Shown: positions 18,795 through 29,254, counted from the stretch's first letter. The stretch is 64,000 bases of DNA from Nitrospinales bacterium (GCA_965262115.1 OZ253496.1:1216001-1280000); one strand, 5' to 3'. Program-made: numbers and translations. Notes: generated by a model from the sequence alone, not told the origin.

Positions 18795-19544
18795 ATGGAC
18801 ATTCTACAACTCAGCAACTATCTGGACAACCTTTTGGACATCCCGTCCATTAGTGATGCACCCAACGCCGTTAACGGACTGCAGGTGCAAAACACCGGCG
18901 AAATAAAAAAAATAGGACTGGCAGTAGATTTGTGCCAGGCCACCATTGACCTGGCCATCAAAAAAAACTGCCAGATGATGTTCGTGCATCATGGAATTTT
19001 CTGGGGCGGACTGCAACCGCTTCGCGGTTCATTTTATGAAAAAATCTCTTCCATGATGCGTGCCAACCTGGGGCTGTATTCGGCCCACATTCCCCTCGAC
19101 CTGCATCCGGTACTGGGTAACAACCGGGCTTTGGCTGATTTGATCGGGGTGGAAAACCTGGAGCCATTTGGCGAATATGGCGGCATCAAAATTGGTTTCA
19201 AGGGCACGATCAACAAAAAATCCGCTGAAACCCTGGCGCAGGAATTGACAGAGAAACTGGGTTCATCCGTAAAAGTGATCGGTGCGGGAGAGGTTGAATC
19301 CATAGGACTGGTGACCGGTGGGGCGGCGGATATCATCCAGCAGGCCAGCCAAGAAGGGCTCGATGCCTACATCACAGGGGAAGGGGCCAACCACCATTAC
19401 CACGAAGCCATTGAAGGCCAATGCGTATTGATTTTCGCCGGCCATTACGCCACCGAAACTGGAGGCGTGAAAGCGGTGGGCCTTCATTTAGAACAAAAGT
19501 TTCAACTCACCACGGAGTTTCTCGACTACCCAACCGGCCTCTAA
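18795..19544 (+). CDS. Nif3-like dinuclear metal center protein (YbgI family)
   Basis: NGLQV, VHHGIFW, HIPLDLH, ITGE and AGHYATE motifs. Confidence 0.95.
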   Translation: MDILQLSNYLDNLLDIPSISDAPNAVNGLQVQNTGEIKKIGLAVDLCQATIDLAIKKNCQMMFVHHGIFWGGLQPLRGSFYEKISSMMRANLGLYSAHIPLDLHPVLGNNRALADLIGVENLEPFGEYGGIKIGFKGTINKKSAETLAQELTEKLGSSVKVIGAGEVESIGLVTGGAADIIQQASQEGLDAYITGEGANHHYHEAIEGQCVLIFAGHYATETGGVKAVGLHLEQKFQLTTEFLDYPTGL

Positions 19545-19559
19545 AAACTGCGGTCGCAC

Positions 19560-20456
19560 TTATAACTCTTTAAGCAAAGCACTCAAGCCTAAGCGGTAAT
19601 CGGGATACCGCAATTTCACTCCCAGTTCCTGCTTAATTTTTTTGTTCGAGATCCGCTTGTTGGTGGTGTAAAAACCCCGGGCGGTGGGAGAAAGATCGGC
19701 TTTCTCATAAGGCACCAATGGCGGCGGTTCCACATCTAATAAACTGCAAGCATATTCCACCGCTTCAGCAGGAGGGGAAGGACAGTCATCACTGACGTTA
19801 TAGATCTCACCAGGCCGGGGCTTTTTCATCGAGGCTTCCAGCGTTTGCGCAAGATCCTCAGAATGAATGCGGGAAAAAACCAAACCGGGTTTATCAATGC
19901 GCCGGGCGCGGCCCTGCCTTACAGAAACCAGAAGGTTCCTGCCCGGCCCATAAATACCTACGCAACGAAAAATCATCACCGGCAGGCCATGGCCTATCTT
20001 GAGCCAGGCCGATTCCACTTCGATGCGGCGGAGATTACGCTCTGTAGAGGCCAGTAAGGGCGAAGACTCATCCACCCACTCTCCCTTCGCATCACCATAA
20101 ACCCCGGTTGAAGAGATGTAACCGATCCATTGCAAATGCCGGGCTTTAGAAATTTCTTCGCCAAAGTTTTCCAGCACCACATCGCCAGAAGGTTGGGGAG
20201 GTATCGTGATTAAAAGGTGGGTGGCGCGGGAAATAGCCTCAGAAATTTCTGCGGTAGGGTGGGAACCATTAAAAGGGCAGACTGAAATATTTTCCGCCTT
20301 GATTTCATCTTGCTCGCCCCGCATGGTTCCAGAAACATCCCACCCTTGGGGTAAGAGCCTTTTAGCCAAGGCCTGTGCAGAGAAACCCAGACCAAAACAA
20401 AACAATCTGTCGGTATGGAGGAAATCCGGAATGTCTTTTATTTCGGAAGAATTCAA
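19560..20456 (-). CDS. NAD(P)-dependent atypical SDR oxidoreductase/epimerase
   Basis: CFGLGFS; YISSTGVYGD; GIYGPGR; SRIHSED. Confidence 0.9.
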   Translation of the reverse strand: MNSSEIKDIPDFLHTDRLFCFGLGFSAQALAKRLLPQGWDVSGTMRGEQDEIKAENISVCPFNGSHPTAEISEAISRATHLLITIPPQPSGDVVLENFGEEISKARHLQWIGYISSTGVYGDAKGEWVDESSPLLASTERNLRRIEVESAWLKIGHGLPVMIFRCVGIYGPGRNLLVSVRQGRARRIDKPGLVFSRIHSEDLAQTLEASMKKPRPGEIYNVSDDCPSPPAEAVEYACSLLDVEPPPLVPYEKADLSPTARGFYTTNKRISNKKIKQELGVKLRYPDYRLGLSALLKEL

Positions 20457-20506
20457 ACCATCCCTGGAATTATTTTTTCAAAGGAGTGTGGCAACAACGC
20501 ATGCAC

Positions 20507-20642
20507 TGGCTGCTGAAAAACTCACCGTGATGAGATTCGATGTCATGCTGAGGTTCTCGAAGCATACACCCTATGGGTTTATCACCCTTCAAGGGCCTCA
20601 GGGTGACATTTTTTTCTGTGCAAAATAGTTTTTCAGCAGCCA
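20507..20642. mobile_element. 136-bp MITE (family C) with 16-bp perfect TIR
   Basis: TGGCTGCTGAAAAACT and AGTTTTTCAGCAGCCA; internal inverted pair of TGTCA..CTGAG..GAAG REP-like units; no TSD recognised. Confidence 0.85.
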
Positions 20643-20707
20643 ACCAGTTGGGAAATGCTTTACTAATAAATCCGGAGCTTCCAAATAATTTAAAACCTGT
20701 ACACTTA

Positions 20708-20830
20708 TTACTTGCGCGCTTCCCTTCGATATTTTTGCCGGACAGGAACCCGATTGTCCGAAAACAAAAGAAGCAACGCAGCCAGAATTCCCATTCCGAC
20801 CGGATAAACCCAATTCATTTCAGCAGCCAT
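20708..20830 (-). CDS. Small 40-aa single-TM protein (below the ORF-track cutoff)
   Basis: MAAEMNWVYPVGMGILAALLLLFSDNRVPVRQKYRREARK; GAGG RBS; begins 13 nt after the upstream stop. Confidence 0.6.
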   Translation of the reverse strand: MAAEMNWVYPVGMGILAALLLLFSDNRVPVRQKYRREARK

Positions 20831-20843
20831 AATAACCTCGCGA

Positions 20844-21674
20844 TTAAAAAGTAAATCGATATTTTTCAAATAATTCGAGCGTTACAACTTCTTGCCCTTC
20901 TTTAGAGATCTCTTGTTCAATACGCTTCACCGCCATATTACGTATAAAAGGGATAGGAATGCGGGAAACCTTTTTCAATGCATCGTCCTCCCATTTCAGG
21001 GAAAATTCCATCGGCGCTTCCTTATCCTGACCGATCTGCTCATCGCGCTTGAGGTCCTCTTCGGTCACTTCCATTCCCATTGCCTCTTTAGCCGATGCAG
21101 GCATGATACTGGTGAACACCTCATCAATGATAGAAGGGGTGATCATCTTATCTCCCCGCTGGCGGGCGCGGCCCTCAATGGTCTGTTTAGCCATGCCCAG
21201 AACAAAGGGAGGCACCTTCTCCATTTTCTCCAACGCTTCTTTGCTCCAAGGCATGCCCTGAGGCTCGGCGACTTCCATATAGTTTTTGAATTTTTCAACA
21301 ATTTCGTCTTTTTTCTCGGTACGCATAGAAAGAAAATCTTCGATTTCCTCGATCACCTCCACCTTGCGCGGACTTTGCCGCATTTTTTCCTTCGCCACTT
21401 CGAAGGCATCCATCGTCAGCTCCTCGAAACCAAATCCCTTGACCCTTTTGGACACCAACATCATGGACTCATTACGAATTTCGGTCAGGTAATCAGAGGT
21501 CACTATTTTAAAACCCCTTTTAACGCACCGCTGAACCATCAGCTTGCGGATGCCCGGACGTACAAATTCCGGAGCGTGTTTCACCCTCTCCCACGCATCT
21601 TCAGACCACTCAACGCCATTTTCCCTGGCATAAGGGTGATCGACGTCAGCGATTTTTATTTCTTGCGTTCCCAT
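20844..21674 (-). CDS. PCP-reductase-family (PCP_red repeat) protein
   Basis: Three W(S/E)xxAxxxxxxxPxF(V/I)...(V/I)T repeats. Confidence 0.85.
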   Translation of the reverse strand: MGTQEIKIADVDHPYARENGVEWSEDAWERVKHAPEFVRPGIRKLMVQRCVKRGFKIVTSDYLTEIRNESMMLVSKRVKGFGFEELTMDAFEVAKEKMRQSPRKVEVIEEIEDFLSMRTEKKDEIVEKFKNYMEVAEPQGMPWSKEALEKMEKVPPFVLGMAKQTIEGRARQRGDKMITPSIIDEVFTSIMPASAKEAMGMEVTEEDLKRDEQIGQDKEAPMEFSLKWEDDALKKVSRIPIPFIRNMAVKRIEQEISKEGQEVVTLELFEKYRFTF

Positions 21675-21930
21675 AAGCCCCACCAAAAATTGAATCTATT
21701 ATATTTATTGGGTCATGACCCTATTTATTTTTTAGATGTAGGACAAGGCTTCAGCTTCGCTGGCTCGTAAACCTGAAGGTTTACCCTCGCATAAAACTTA
21801 TCCTGAATCCACAAGGAGGCACCCCCATTCTACAATTTCTCAAATTCTTTATCAATCTTATAGTACCTCTGACAGCTACAAGATCCGGTAAACATGGAAC
21901 CGTTTTCAAACTACCAAAACAGTTTAATTT

Positions 21931-21939
21931 TGTTATAAT
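21931..21939 (+). promoter_or_regulatory. Extended -10 sigma70-type promoter candidate
   Basis: TGTTATAAT about 45 nt upstream of the 21983 ATG. Confidence 0.5.
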
Positions 21940-21982
21940 CCTTCCACACTTACAATCCTGTATTTTTTAAGCCTTATCCTTT

Positions 21983-23896
21983 ATGCCCCAGCCGAACTGG
22001 AAATTCCGGATGATGACCAGAGGAGAAATGAACGCCGACCCTATCGAAAGCGAGTTTTTCTCCACCGAGCACTTGGACAGCGTAGCAGATGCCTTGGTTC
22101 GCGAATCCATCCAAAATTCTCTCGATGCCGGGTTACCGGAACAGACGGTTCGGGTAGTCTTTCGTCTGTTTACGGAAAATTCAGATATAAACGGGAACAT
22201 GGTCCATTACCTTGAGGGCCTCCATTCGCATTTAAATGCCGAGCAAAATGGATTGATCAAAGCCCCCTCCATTCAGGCTCCCAAAACCTTTTTAACTATT
22301 GAGGATTACGGCACACGGGGCCTCGAAGGGGACCCCGCCCAAGACGATGATTTTCAGTCCGCCAACAGACTCGATAAAAACGATTTTTTCTATTTTTGGC
22401 GCAATACAGGGCGATCCAAAAAAAGTGGTACGGAGCGGGGTCGCTGGGGTTTAGGGAAAACAGTATTTCAGGCCACTTCCCGAATCAATTCATTTTTTGG
22501 GATGACAGTCAGACAAAGTGATGGATGCCCTTTGTTAATGGGCCATTCCGTTTTAAAGACCCATTTGGTGGAAGGAAAGAAATATTCACCCTATGGATGG
22601 TACGGAATTTTTAGTGAAGACTTTGCTTTGCCGATTGAAGACAAACTCTATCTCAAAAAGTTTTCATCCCAGTTTCAGATCAAGAGATTAGGCAAGGCAG
22701 GCCTTTCGATCATTATCCCTTATCCAGATCCGTCTGTGAAAATTGAAACCATCCTTTCCTCTGTGCTGCTTCATTATTTTTTTCCGATTCTATCCAAAGG
22801 CTTGGTGGTTGAGCTTTATGAGGGCGAAAAACATCTCATAATCGATGGTCAAAAAGTAGATGAACTTTTACAATATGTAGACTTCTCAAAATCCCGACTA
22901 ACCAAAGAGAATTTTCAACACTTGTTCAATTTTACCCGTTGGATACACTCTCTCTTGCCTACTGCCTTCGTAAAGCTCAATCTGCCACCCACACAAGGGG
23001 CTCCCAAATGGAACGAGACTCTTTTTGACCCCGGGGTTTTATCAAAATTACAGGAACAATTTGATCGCAGGGAACGGCTGGCTATTAGAGTTCCTTTGAA
23101 AGTCAAACCCAAAGATAAGACCACGGAAGAAACGTATTTTGATATTTTTATGGAGCGTGATGACCGGCTGGATAAAGTGGAAGATCATTTTATACGGGAG
23201 GGTATCACCATTTCAGGGGTTAGCACTCTCAAACAAAAAGGAATTCGGGTAATTGTTTCAGTCAACGACAAGATCTTGTCCGCGTTTTTGGGGGATTCAG
23301 AAAATCCCGCGCATACCGAATGGCAGGAACGTTCTCCAAAACTCAAGAATCAATACAAACATGGAGTTTCTTGCCTGCGATTCGTCAAAAATAGCCCCAG
23401 AGAAATTGTTCGTTTTTTGAATAAACCCGCTTTGGGCATTGATAAAAAACTTTTGTAAAATTTTTTTTCTGTCGAACCGCCTTCAAATAAGGGCCATGAA
23501 GGAACTTCCGGCGGCAACCAAAAAGATCCGCAAGGTGAACCCCCTGTTCCTCTGGAACTGATAGGTCAAAGCAAGGAGTTTCGGCTTCTTCGTAAGCAAG
23601 GAGGGTTTAGAATCTTATCAAACCCAGAGACCGTTCCTTTACCCAGGGGAATACTCGTTACCGTAGCTTATGAGACAAGGAGGCAAAATCCATTTTCTAA
23701 ATATAGCCTCTTTGATTTCGAGATGGATAAAACCCCAATCAAAATACAAAACATGGGAGCAAACATATGTGCCAAAAGTAAAAATAAGCTCCTTATCCAA
23801 ATAGAAAAGCCGGGGTTTTTTGTAGAAGTCACCGGCTTTGATTTGCATAGAGATTTAAGAGTAAAAGTTGAGCCCGTCGGATCAAGAAATGATTAG
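21983..23896 (+). pseudogene. GHKL/MORC-like ATPase-fold protein (637 codons) with one in-frame TAA at 23456-23458
   Basis: LVRESIQNSLDA (N box), IEDYGTRGLEG (G1), GRWGLGK (G2); the same frame stays open for 145 more codons to TAG 23894-23896, overlapping the next ATG. Confidence 0.8.
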
Positions 23897-24668
23897 AAAA
23901 CTAAATTTTACAGGCAGAAAGAAAATCCCGCGAAGCAGGGTACCCGTGACCTTATTAAACGTGGATAAGCATCCCCAATCTTTCGATGTTCAGTTTGATT
24001 TGTCCGACCTGAATCTACCGCCGAAAGCTACGGTTTTTGTGGAAACATATAAACGGACTTCCTACATGCGTTTCCGATTCGGAACGATTGGCAAATGCAC
24101 GATTCCACCAGATCGTAACCTTGTAGATATCGAACCGAAAGTTACCCCTCTGTTCCGCGTAAAGGTGGTAGACGAAACTTCTCAACAAGGCCGGATTATT
24201 GCTCTTGCGGACAAAATTTTACCGAGAGGGATTGACCAAGGTACGCGAGAAAAAATCAGTCTGTTGCATGTCGAGTTTTCGGAGGATTTGGAAGGGCAAG
24301 TCTGGAGGTTGGATTTGAGCGGAGAATGGCCTGTTATTCAAGTGAATAGTCAAATTGATTTGATTAAAGAAATTGCCAAGTCGGATAGGGCTTTTATTGC
24401 TTTAGTTTATCCAGAAGTTGTCCGGCAAATTTTAAATCATATTATTGAGTCGGATGAAACTGACCCTGAATTAGACGAAGAGGATTGGCCTGGCATGTGG
24501 TTAAATTTTGTTGGTCGTATGCCAGGGGTAGGGTCTCCACCCTTCGGCAGAATAGCGTCCATTAAAAATGACCAAAAGGAATGGATAGAATCGGCTGTGA
24601 TGGCTTTTAGCTACAAATGGCAACTTTTAGATCAATATCAAGAACTACACAAGCGAGAGCAAGAGTGA
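23889..24668 (+). CDS. Hypothetical protein (MIRKLNFTGRKKI...), second gene of the operon
   Basis: ATG overlaps the restored stop of the upstream gene; 259 aa. Confidence 0.85.
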   Translation: MIRKLNFTGRKKIPRSRVPVTLLNVDKHPQSFDVQFDLSDLNLPPKATVFVETYKRTSYMRFRFGTIGKCTIPPDRNLVDIEPKVTPLFRVKVVDETSQQGRIIALADKILPRGIDQGTREKISLLHVEFSEDLEGQVWRLDLSGEWPVIQVNSQIDLIKEIAKSDRAFIALVYPEVVRQILNHIIESDETDPELDEEDWPGMWLNFVGRMPGVGSPPFGRIASIKNDQKEWIESAVMAFSYKWQLLDQYQELHKREQE

Positions 24669-25387
24669 TGGCTCAGGTACGCAGGCTGAATCCCCAAGGA
24701 ATCGAGCGGTTCAGAGAATATTTGCAAGCCCTCAAGGAGAACCCTGGCGTGGCACCGCCGGTTGGGATTTTGGACGATCCTGATTATTCTGATGTGTTGC
24801 AAGATCAAGTAGAAATTGTAAAAGTGGAATTCAAAAATCGGACTCACATGGTCAAGTATTTGTCTACGGCTTTAGAAAACTTGAACACCCAATTAGGAGC
24901 AGAAAATCAAGGATTATGGAGTTGGTTATCCCTTTTTTATTTTGATCAGGTTTGCCCGGAGGATTTGAGCGGATGCCGAAAAGCTGGCATGGATTATCGA
25001 CATATTCTGGAGAAGGGATACCGACACCGACACCGACACCGACATCTCTTAGCGGGTCCATACATAACCTATCAAATGTATAGAGAAAAGGCTCGATTGC
25101 TCTTGCATGGTCTACTTCATCAGGAAAATAAAATTCATCATGAACTTGCGGCAAGGCAGGAGTTTATTACAAATCGAAGCATTATAGAAGCAACCGACAC
25201 CCTTTATTTTGATAAGGATAAAAATAAACCCAAAGCGGGGATTCTATCGAAAACCAGAGCGGACTCATTATTACGGTTTGTTGACGTAATACAGCAATTA
25301 GAATTAAATTATGATCTTTACAGCATGGAGGCTCAGGAAATCATTTCCCTTTTGCCGAATGAATTTAACGGGTCGGGGACTGTTTGA
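24668..25387 (+). CDS. Hypothetical protein (GLWSWLSLFYFDQVCP...RHLLAGPY), third gene of the operon
   Basis: TGATG coupling; 239 aa; contains (ACCGAC)4. Confidence 0.85.
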   Translation: MAQVRRLNPQGIERFREYLQALKENPGVAPPVGILDDPDYSDVLQDQVEIVKVEFKNRTHMVKYLSTALENLNTQLGAENQGLWSWLSLFYFDQVCPEDLSGCRKAGMDYRHILEKGYRHRHRHRHLLAGPYITYQMYREKARLLLHGLLHQENKIHHELAARQEFITNRSIIEATDTLYFDKDKNKPKAGILSKTRADSLLRFVDVIQQLELNYDLYSMEAQEIISLLPNEFNGSGTV

Positions 25388-25545
25388 TTATCAACCCGGC
25401 AATTAAAACCACAATTTTTCCAAAACCCGTTTGAATGCGAATCCAGGCTTTAGCCGGTTGCCAGACAGTACCAATGGTTTTGAATGCAAAAGAATTCCCC
25501 TTAGCTTGTTGCTACGGAGTTTCCTCTAATTTTCCCCTTGTTAAT

Positions 25546-25650
25546 GAGGCCTTTGCATACAGTTAGATCCCATTGACCAAGGCGGATATCCTTCTGCCGA
25601 AAGCTCACCAAGATGACAATACAAATGTCCCTAGGGTGTCATTCCGCTAT
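25546..25650. repeat. Degraded family A MITE (left end only)
   Basis: GAGGCCTTTGCATA preceded by CCCCTTGTTAAT; internal ATGACA...TGTCAT remnants. Confidence 0.55.
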
Positions 25651-25704
25651 GAAACAGACGATCTACTACTACCCACCAACATGGTAAAACGTGTTTAATT
25701 GCCT

Positions 25705-28700
25705 ATGCAACGTTCTCCTGTCATTTATTTTTTATTTTTCATTTCCGGCATCACCGCGCTGACTTATGAAATCGTCTGGACCCGGATGCTGACTCTGGTG
25801 TTCGGGCATACCGTGTTTTCTGTATCGGTAGTGCTGGCAGCATTCATGGCAGGTTTAGGTCTGGGCAGTTACCTGTTCGGCTATGCCGTCGACCGGTTAC
25901 CGGAAACAAACGGTTCAGGAAAAGCCGCTCTCCTTCTCTATGGCTGGATAGAAATCCTGATTTTTGCCAGTGGGGCCCTGCTCTCTCTCTTATTCGCCAA
26001 TTTTTCGGGAATCTATGCCTCCCTGCACAGTTTCATCCCCGAATCGATTCCCTTGCAGAATTTGATAAAAATGTTGTTCGCCTTTGGGATGATGCTGATC
26101 CCCACCACCTTCATGGGAGCAACCCTGCCGATCATCAGTAAATACTGCGTTACCGATGACAGCCGGATGGGAACTCAAGTGAGCCTGCTCTATGCGCTCA
26201 ACACCCTGGGCGCCGCAGTCGGTTGTCTGATGACCGGATTCTTCCTGATGGGCACGTTCGGAGTTCTGCAAACCGTTCTTCTGGCAGCAGGGGCAAACCT
26301 GCTGATCGGGATCAGCGCACTGAGAATTTATCTGGAAACCGTTCCCGGCGCCGACTGGAAGTTTCGACTCCCGCCCTTACGGGTACCGCGCATCGACTTG
26401 AATGCGGACCAGAAATTCTGGATGGGCATCAGCTTTATCTGCGGATTCACGGCTTTGGCCTATGAAGTGTTATGGACCCGGCTACTGGTGTTCAGTATCG
26501 CCAGCACCGTCTATTCCTTCAGCATGATGCTCACGGTCTTTCTTCTGGGAATCTTTTTGGGAAGCCTGTTGTTGATCCCTCTGGCATCGCGGATCCATAA
26601 CATCCGCACCGCCTTGTTAATCCTGCAAGCCAGCGCCGGTCTTTACGCGATCGGCTCCCTGTACGGACTCGAGTCCATCCTTTCCGCTCCCTGGAACGGC
26701 TACAACTTGACCGATCCGGCCACAGCGTTTTTGCGCTACTTCAAAGATTCCGCCGGACTCATGCTGATACCCACCCTGCTGTTGGGCATGTGTTTTCCCC
26801 TGTTGATAAAAATAGTTTCCGGCGGACATCAAAACGTCGGCAAGGCCACCGGCCAGATCTATTCGGCAAATACACTGGGGGCGATTTTCGGATCGTTATG
26901 CGCGGGCTTCCTGTTGCTGCCAAATCTGGGAAGCCAGGTCAGCCTGACCCTGATCGCCACCCTGAACATGCTGACCACGGTTTTACTGTTCCGCACCGGA
27001 AACTATATGACCCCGGCAGTGCGCAAGGGGTTGACCGTCGTGTTCACGGCACTGATCCTCTTTGTCAACATGGCTATTCCCCACGATTTATTAAATCCGT
27101 TTTTCATGCGAGACAGCGCCGGCAAACGCAACATTAAAAAGCTGATGTATTTCGAGGAGGGCCTCTCTGATACTGTGGCCGTGTTCAGAGACGATTATGG
27201 CGTTCTCGACCCGACTGCAAAGCGGTTGATCACCAACGGCATTTCCATGTCTGCCTCCAACCTGATCGCAACACGCTACATGAAACTGTTCGCCCATGTT
27301 CCCATCCTGTTGGTGGATCAACCCGATGACGTGCTGGTGGTCTGCTTTGGAACCGGGCAAACCACAGGCGCGGCGGCCATTCACCCGCGCGTCAAATCCG
27401 TCGACAGCCTGGAACTGTCTACCAGTGTCATCAACGCGGGAAAAATGTTTGCCGACCAGAACCATCAGGCGCTTGACAACCCCAAAATAAATTTTGTCAT
27501 TCAGGATGGCAGGAATCACCTTCTGACCACCCACAAACATTACGACGTCATCACTTCCGAGCCACCGCCTCCCCGCACCGCGTTCACCGTAAACCTGTAT
27601 ACCCGGGAGTATTATGAGCTCCAGAAAAGTCGCCTGAAACCAGGAGGAATCGCCGCGCAATGGATTCCCCTCCACAGTCAGGGAGAAGAAGAAGTGGATA
27701 TGCACTTCAGAACCTTCCAATCCGTTTTCCCCTACACCATGGGCTGGCTTTCGGTGGCGAACGAAATTCTTATTATCGGGTCTGATCAACCGATCCGAAT
27801 TGATTTTGAAAAACTTAAAGTCCGCCTGGAAGAACCCGAAATTAAAAAAGCGCTGGCTGATATTGAAATCCCCAATATCTTTTCCTTTCTCAGCAATATC
27901 TGGCTGCTGGATGAACAAATTCAGGCTTTAGGCAAGGGTCACCCCCTTATCACCGACAACCATCCCGCTATTGAGTTTTATCTCGACCTGGGGAATGTGA
28001 TCGACGTGTCCGGAAGAGAGAAATATGTATTCAACCGGGCTTCTTTCGATCAAATTGCCAACCATGTGGAGAATCTTTCCGCGACAGACCGTATGACTCT
28101 GAGGACCTATTACCAGGCCATGGATCTTTATCAACGCGGTGTCATGTACAGCAACCGGGGACAACTGCTTAAAGCATTGAGCTTGATAGAAGACAACAAT
28201 CTCGTTCGCTACCATCTGCAGGCGGGCAAAGATCAGATGGCCCGGCTGATCAAACAGGTGGAGCAGAACCCTGAAGTGATCGAGAACCTGCTCAACCTGG
28301 GCCACAGCTATTATCAAGTCGGCGAATATGAGAAAAGTGCTGAAATCCTAAAAATGGTTTTGGCAAAACATCCGAAATTGAGTTTCGCCCACCTGTACAT
28401 GGGGTACAACCTTTTGGAACTGGGGAAAAAAGAAGAAGCCCTGAACTATTTCAAGAGCACGGCAAAAAATGACCCGCGCCAAATGGGAACCGTGATGCGG
28501 GAAATTGGACTGGTCAACCTGCTTCAGCAAGCGGAAAAAAAATCAGACGACAAGAGTCTCCAGCGATCGGTGGCCGAATTTTACAATATCAAAAATGAAT
28601 ATCTGAAATCTCTGGAATACTCCCTCAAATCTCTTGAGGAAGACCCTATGAATCTCAAAGTTTTGCAAAGCATCGTTTTCAGTTACCGAGGTCTGGGCGA

Positions 28701-28917
28701 AGCCAAAGAAGTGCTTATGTATGGCAACCGCTACAGCCTGATAGACCCCGATGAAATTCACCTGCAGTTCATCATGGGAGAAATTTATACCAAGCTCCTT
28801 AAATGCCAGAAAGCCATCCCACTACTGAAAAATGTTTTGAAAAAAGACGACACCTACCGCAACGCCCAAAACCTTTTGGACTCCTGTGAAAATTCCACAG
28901 AAACACCAGATATTTAG
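25705..28917 (+). CDS. Fused MFS-like membrane domain / spermidine-synthase-like SAM methyltransferase fold / TPR protein
   Basis: Duplicated SGxxALxYEvxWxR...YxxNTLG membrane repeats; VVCFGTGQT, DGRNHL, YDVITSEPP; C-terminal TPRs. Confidence 0.9.
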   Translation: MQRSPVIYFLFFISGITALTYEIVWTRMLTLVFGHTVFSVSVVLAAFMAGLGLGSYLFGYAVDRLPETNGSGKAALLLYGWIEILIFASGALLSLLFANFSGIYASLHSFIPESIPLQNLIKMLFAFGMMLIPTTFMGATLPIISKYCVTDDSRMGTQVSLLYALNTLGAAVGCLMTGFFLMGTFGVLQTVLLAAGANLLIGISALRIYLETVPGADWKFRLPPLRVPRIDLNADQKFWMGISFICGFTALAYEVLWTRLLVFSIASTVYSFSMMLTVFLLGIFLGSLLLIPLASRIHNIRTALLILQASAGLYAIGSLYGLESILSAPWNGYNLTDPATAFLRYFKDSAGLMLIPTLLLGMCFPLLIKIVSGGHQNVGKATGQIYSANTLGAIFGSLCAGFLLLPNLGSQVSLTLIATLNMLTTVLLFRTGNYMTPAVRKGLTVVFTALILFVNMAIPHDLLNPFFMRDSAGKRNIKKLMYFEEGLSDTVAVFRDDYGVLDPTAKRLITNGISMSASNLIATRYMKLFAHVPILLVDQPDDVLVVCFGTGQTTGAAAIHPRVKSVDSLELSTSVINAGKMFADQNHQALDNPKINFVIQDGRNHLLTTHKHYDVITSEPPPPRTAFTVNLYTREYYELQKSRLKPGGIAAQWIPLHSQGEEEVDMHFRTFQSVFPYTMGWLSVANEILIIGSDQPIRIDFEKLKVRLEEPEIKKALADIEIPNIFSFLSNIWLLDEQIQALGKGHPLITDNHPAIEFYLDLGNVIDVSGREKYVFNRASFDQIANHVENLSATDRMTLRTYYQAMDLYQRGVMYSNRGQLLKALSLIEDNNLVRYHLQAGKDQMARLIKQVEQNPEVIENLLNLGHSYYQVGEYEKSAEILKMVLAKHPKLSFAHLYMGYNLLELGKKEEALNYFKSTAKNDPRQMGTVMREIGLVNLLQQAEKKSDDKSLQRSVAEFYNIKNEYLKSLEYSLKSLEEDPMNLKVLQSIVFSYRGLGEAKEVLMYGNRYSLIDPDEIHLQFIMGEIYTKLLKCQKAIPLLKNVLKKDDTYRNAQNLLDSCENSTETPDI

Positions 28918-29254
28918 GCCTCAATCCTTTGAAATCCTGGGGTAGTTCTCCTCACAGGCTGCATTCAAATTTAGGGAACCAAACGTTCGTCAATGCCCCT
29001 ACGCTTGACCAAAATAATTTGGAAATCCAAATATCGAGGTGTTTTCGTCCTAACTTAATTTAGTTCCATAGAATGAGTCACTTAAAACCATCCAAACCCC
29101 TATATCCCTGGCATCCCCCCTCAACTAAAATAGAAACCAAAAATTAAAGGGTTATGCAGATTAATGAGGAAGAAGTTAAACCGCATATAAAACGATTTAC
29201 CCCTTACCCTGGGTAAAATAAATACTTTTGGGCATAAATATAATATTTACATTA

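Noticed and set aside
21738..21791. GTAG-type REP doublet suggesting a RAYT locus
   Set aside because: A single degenerate copy with no RAYT transposase in the window.
23456..23458. Stop-codon reassignment or programmed read-through
   Set aside because: TAA terminates many ordinary genes in this window; a nonsense mutation or sequencing error is simpler.
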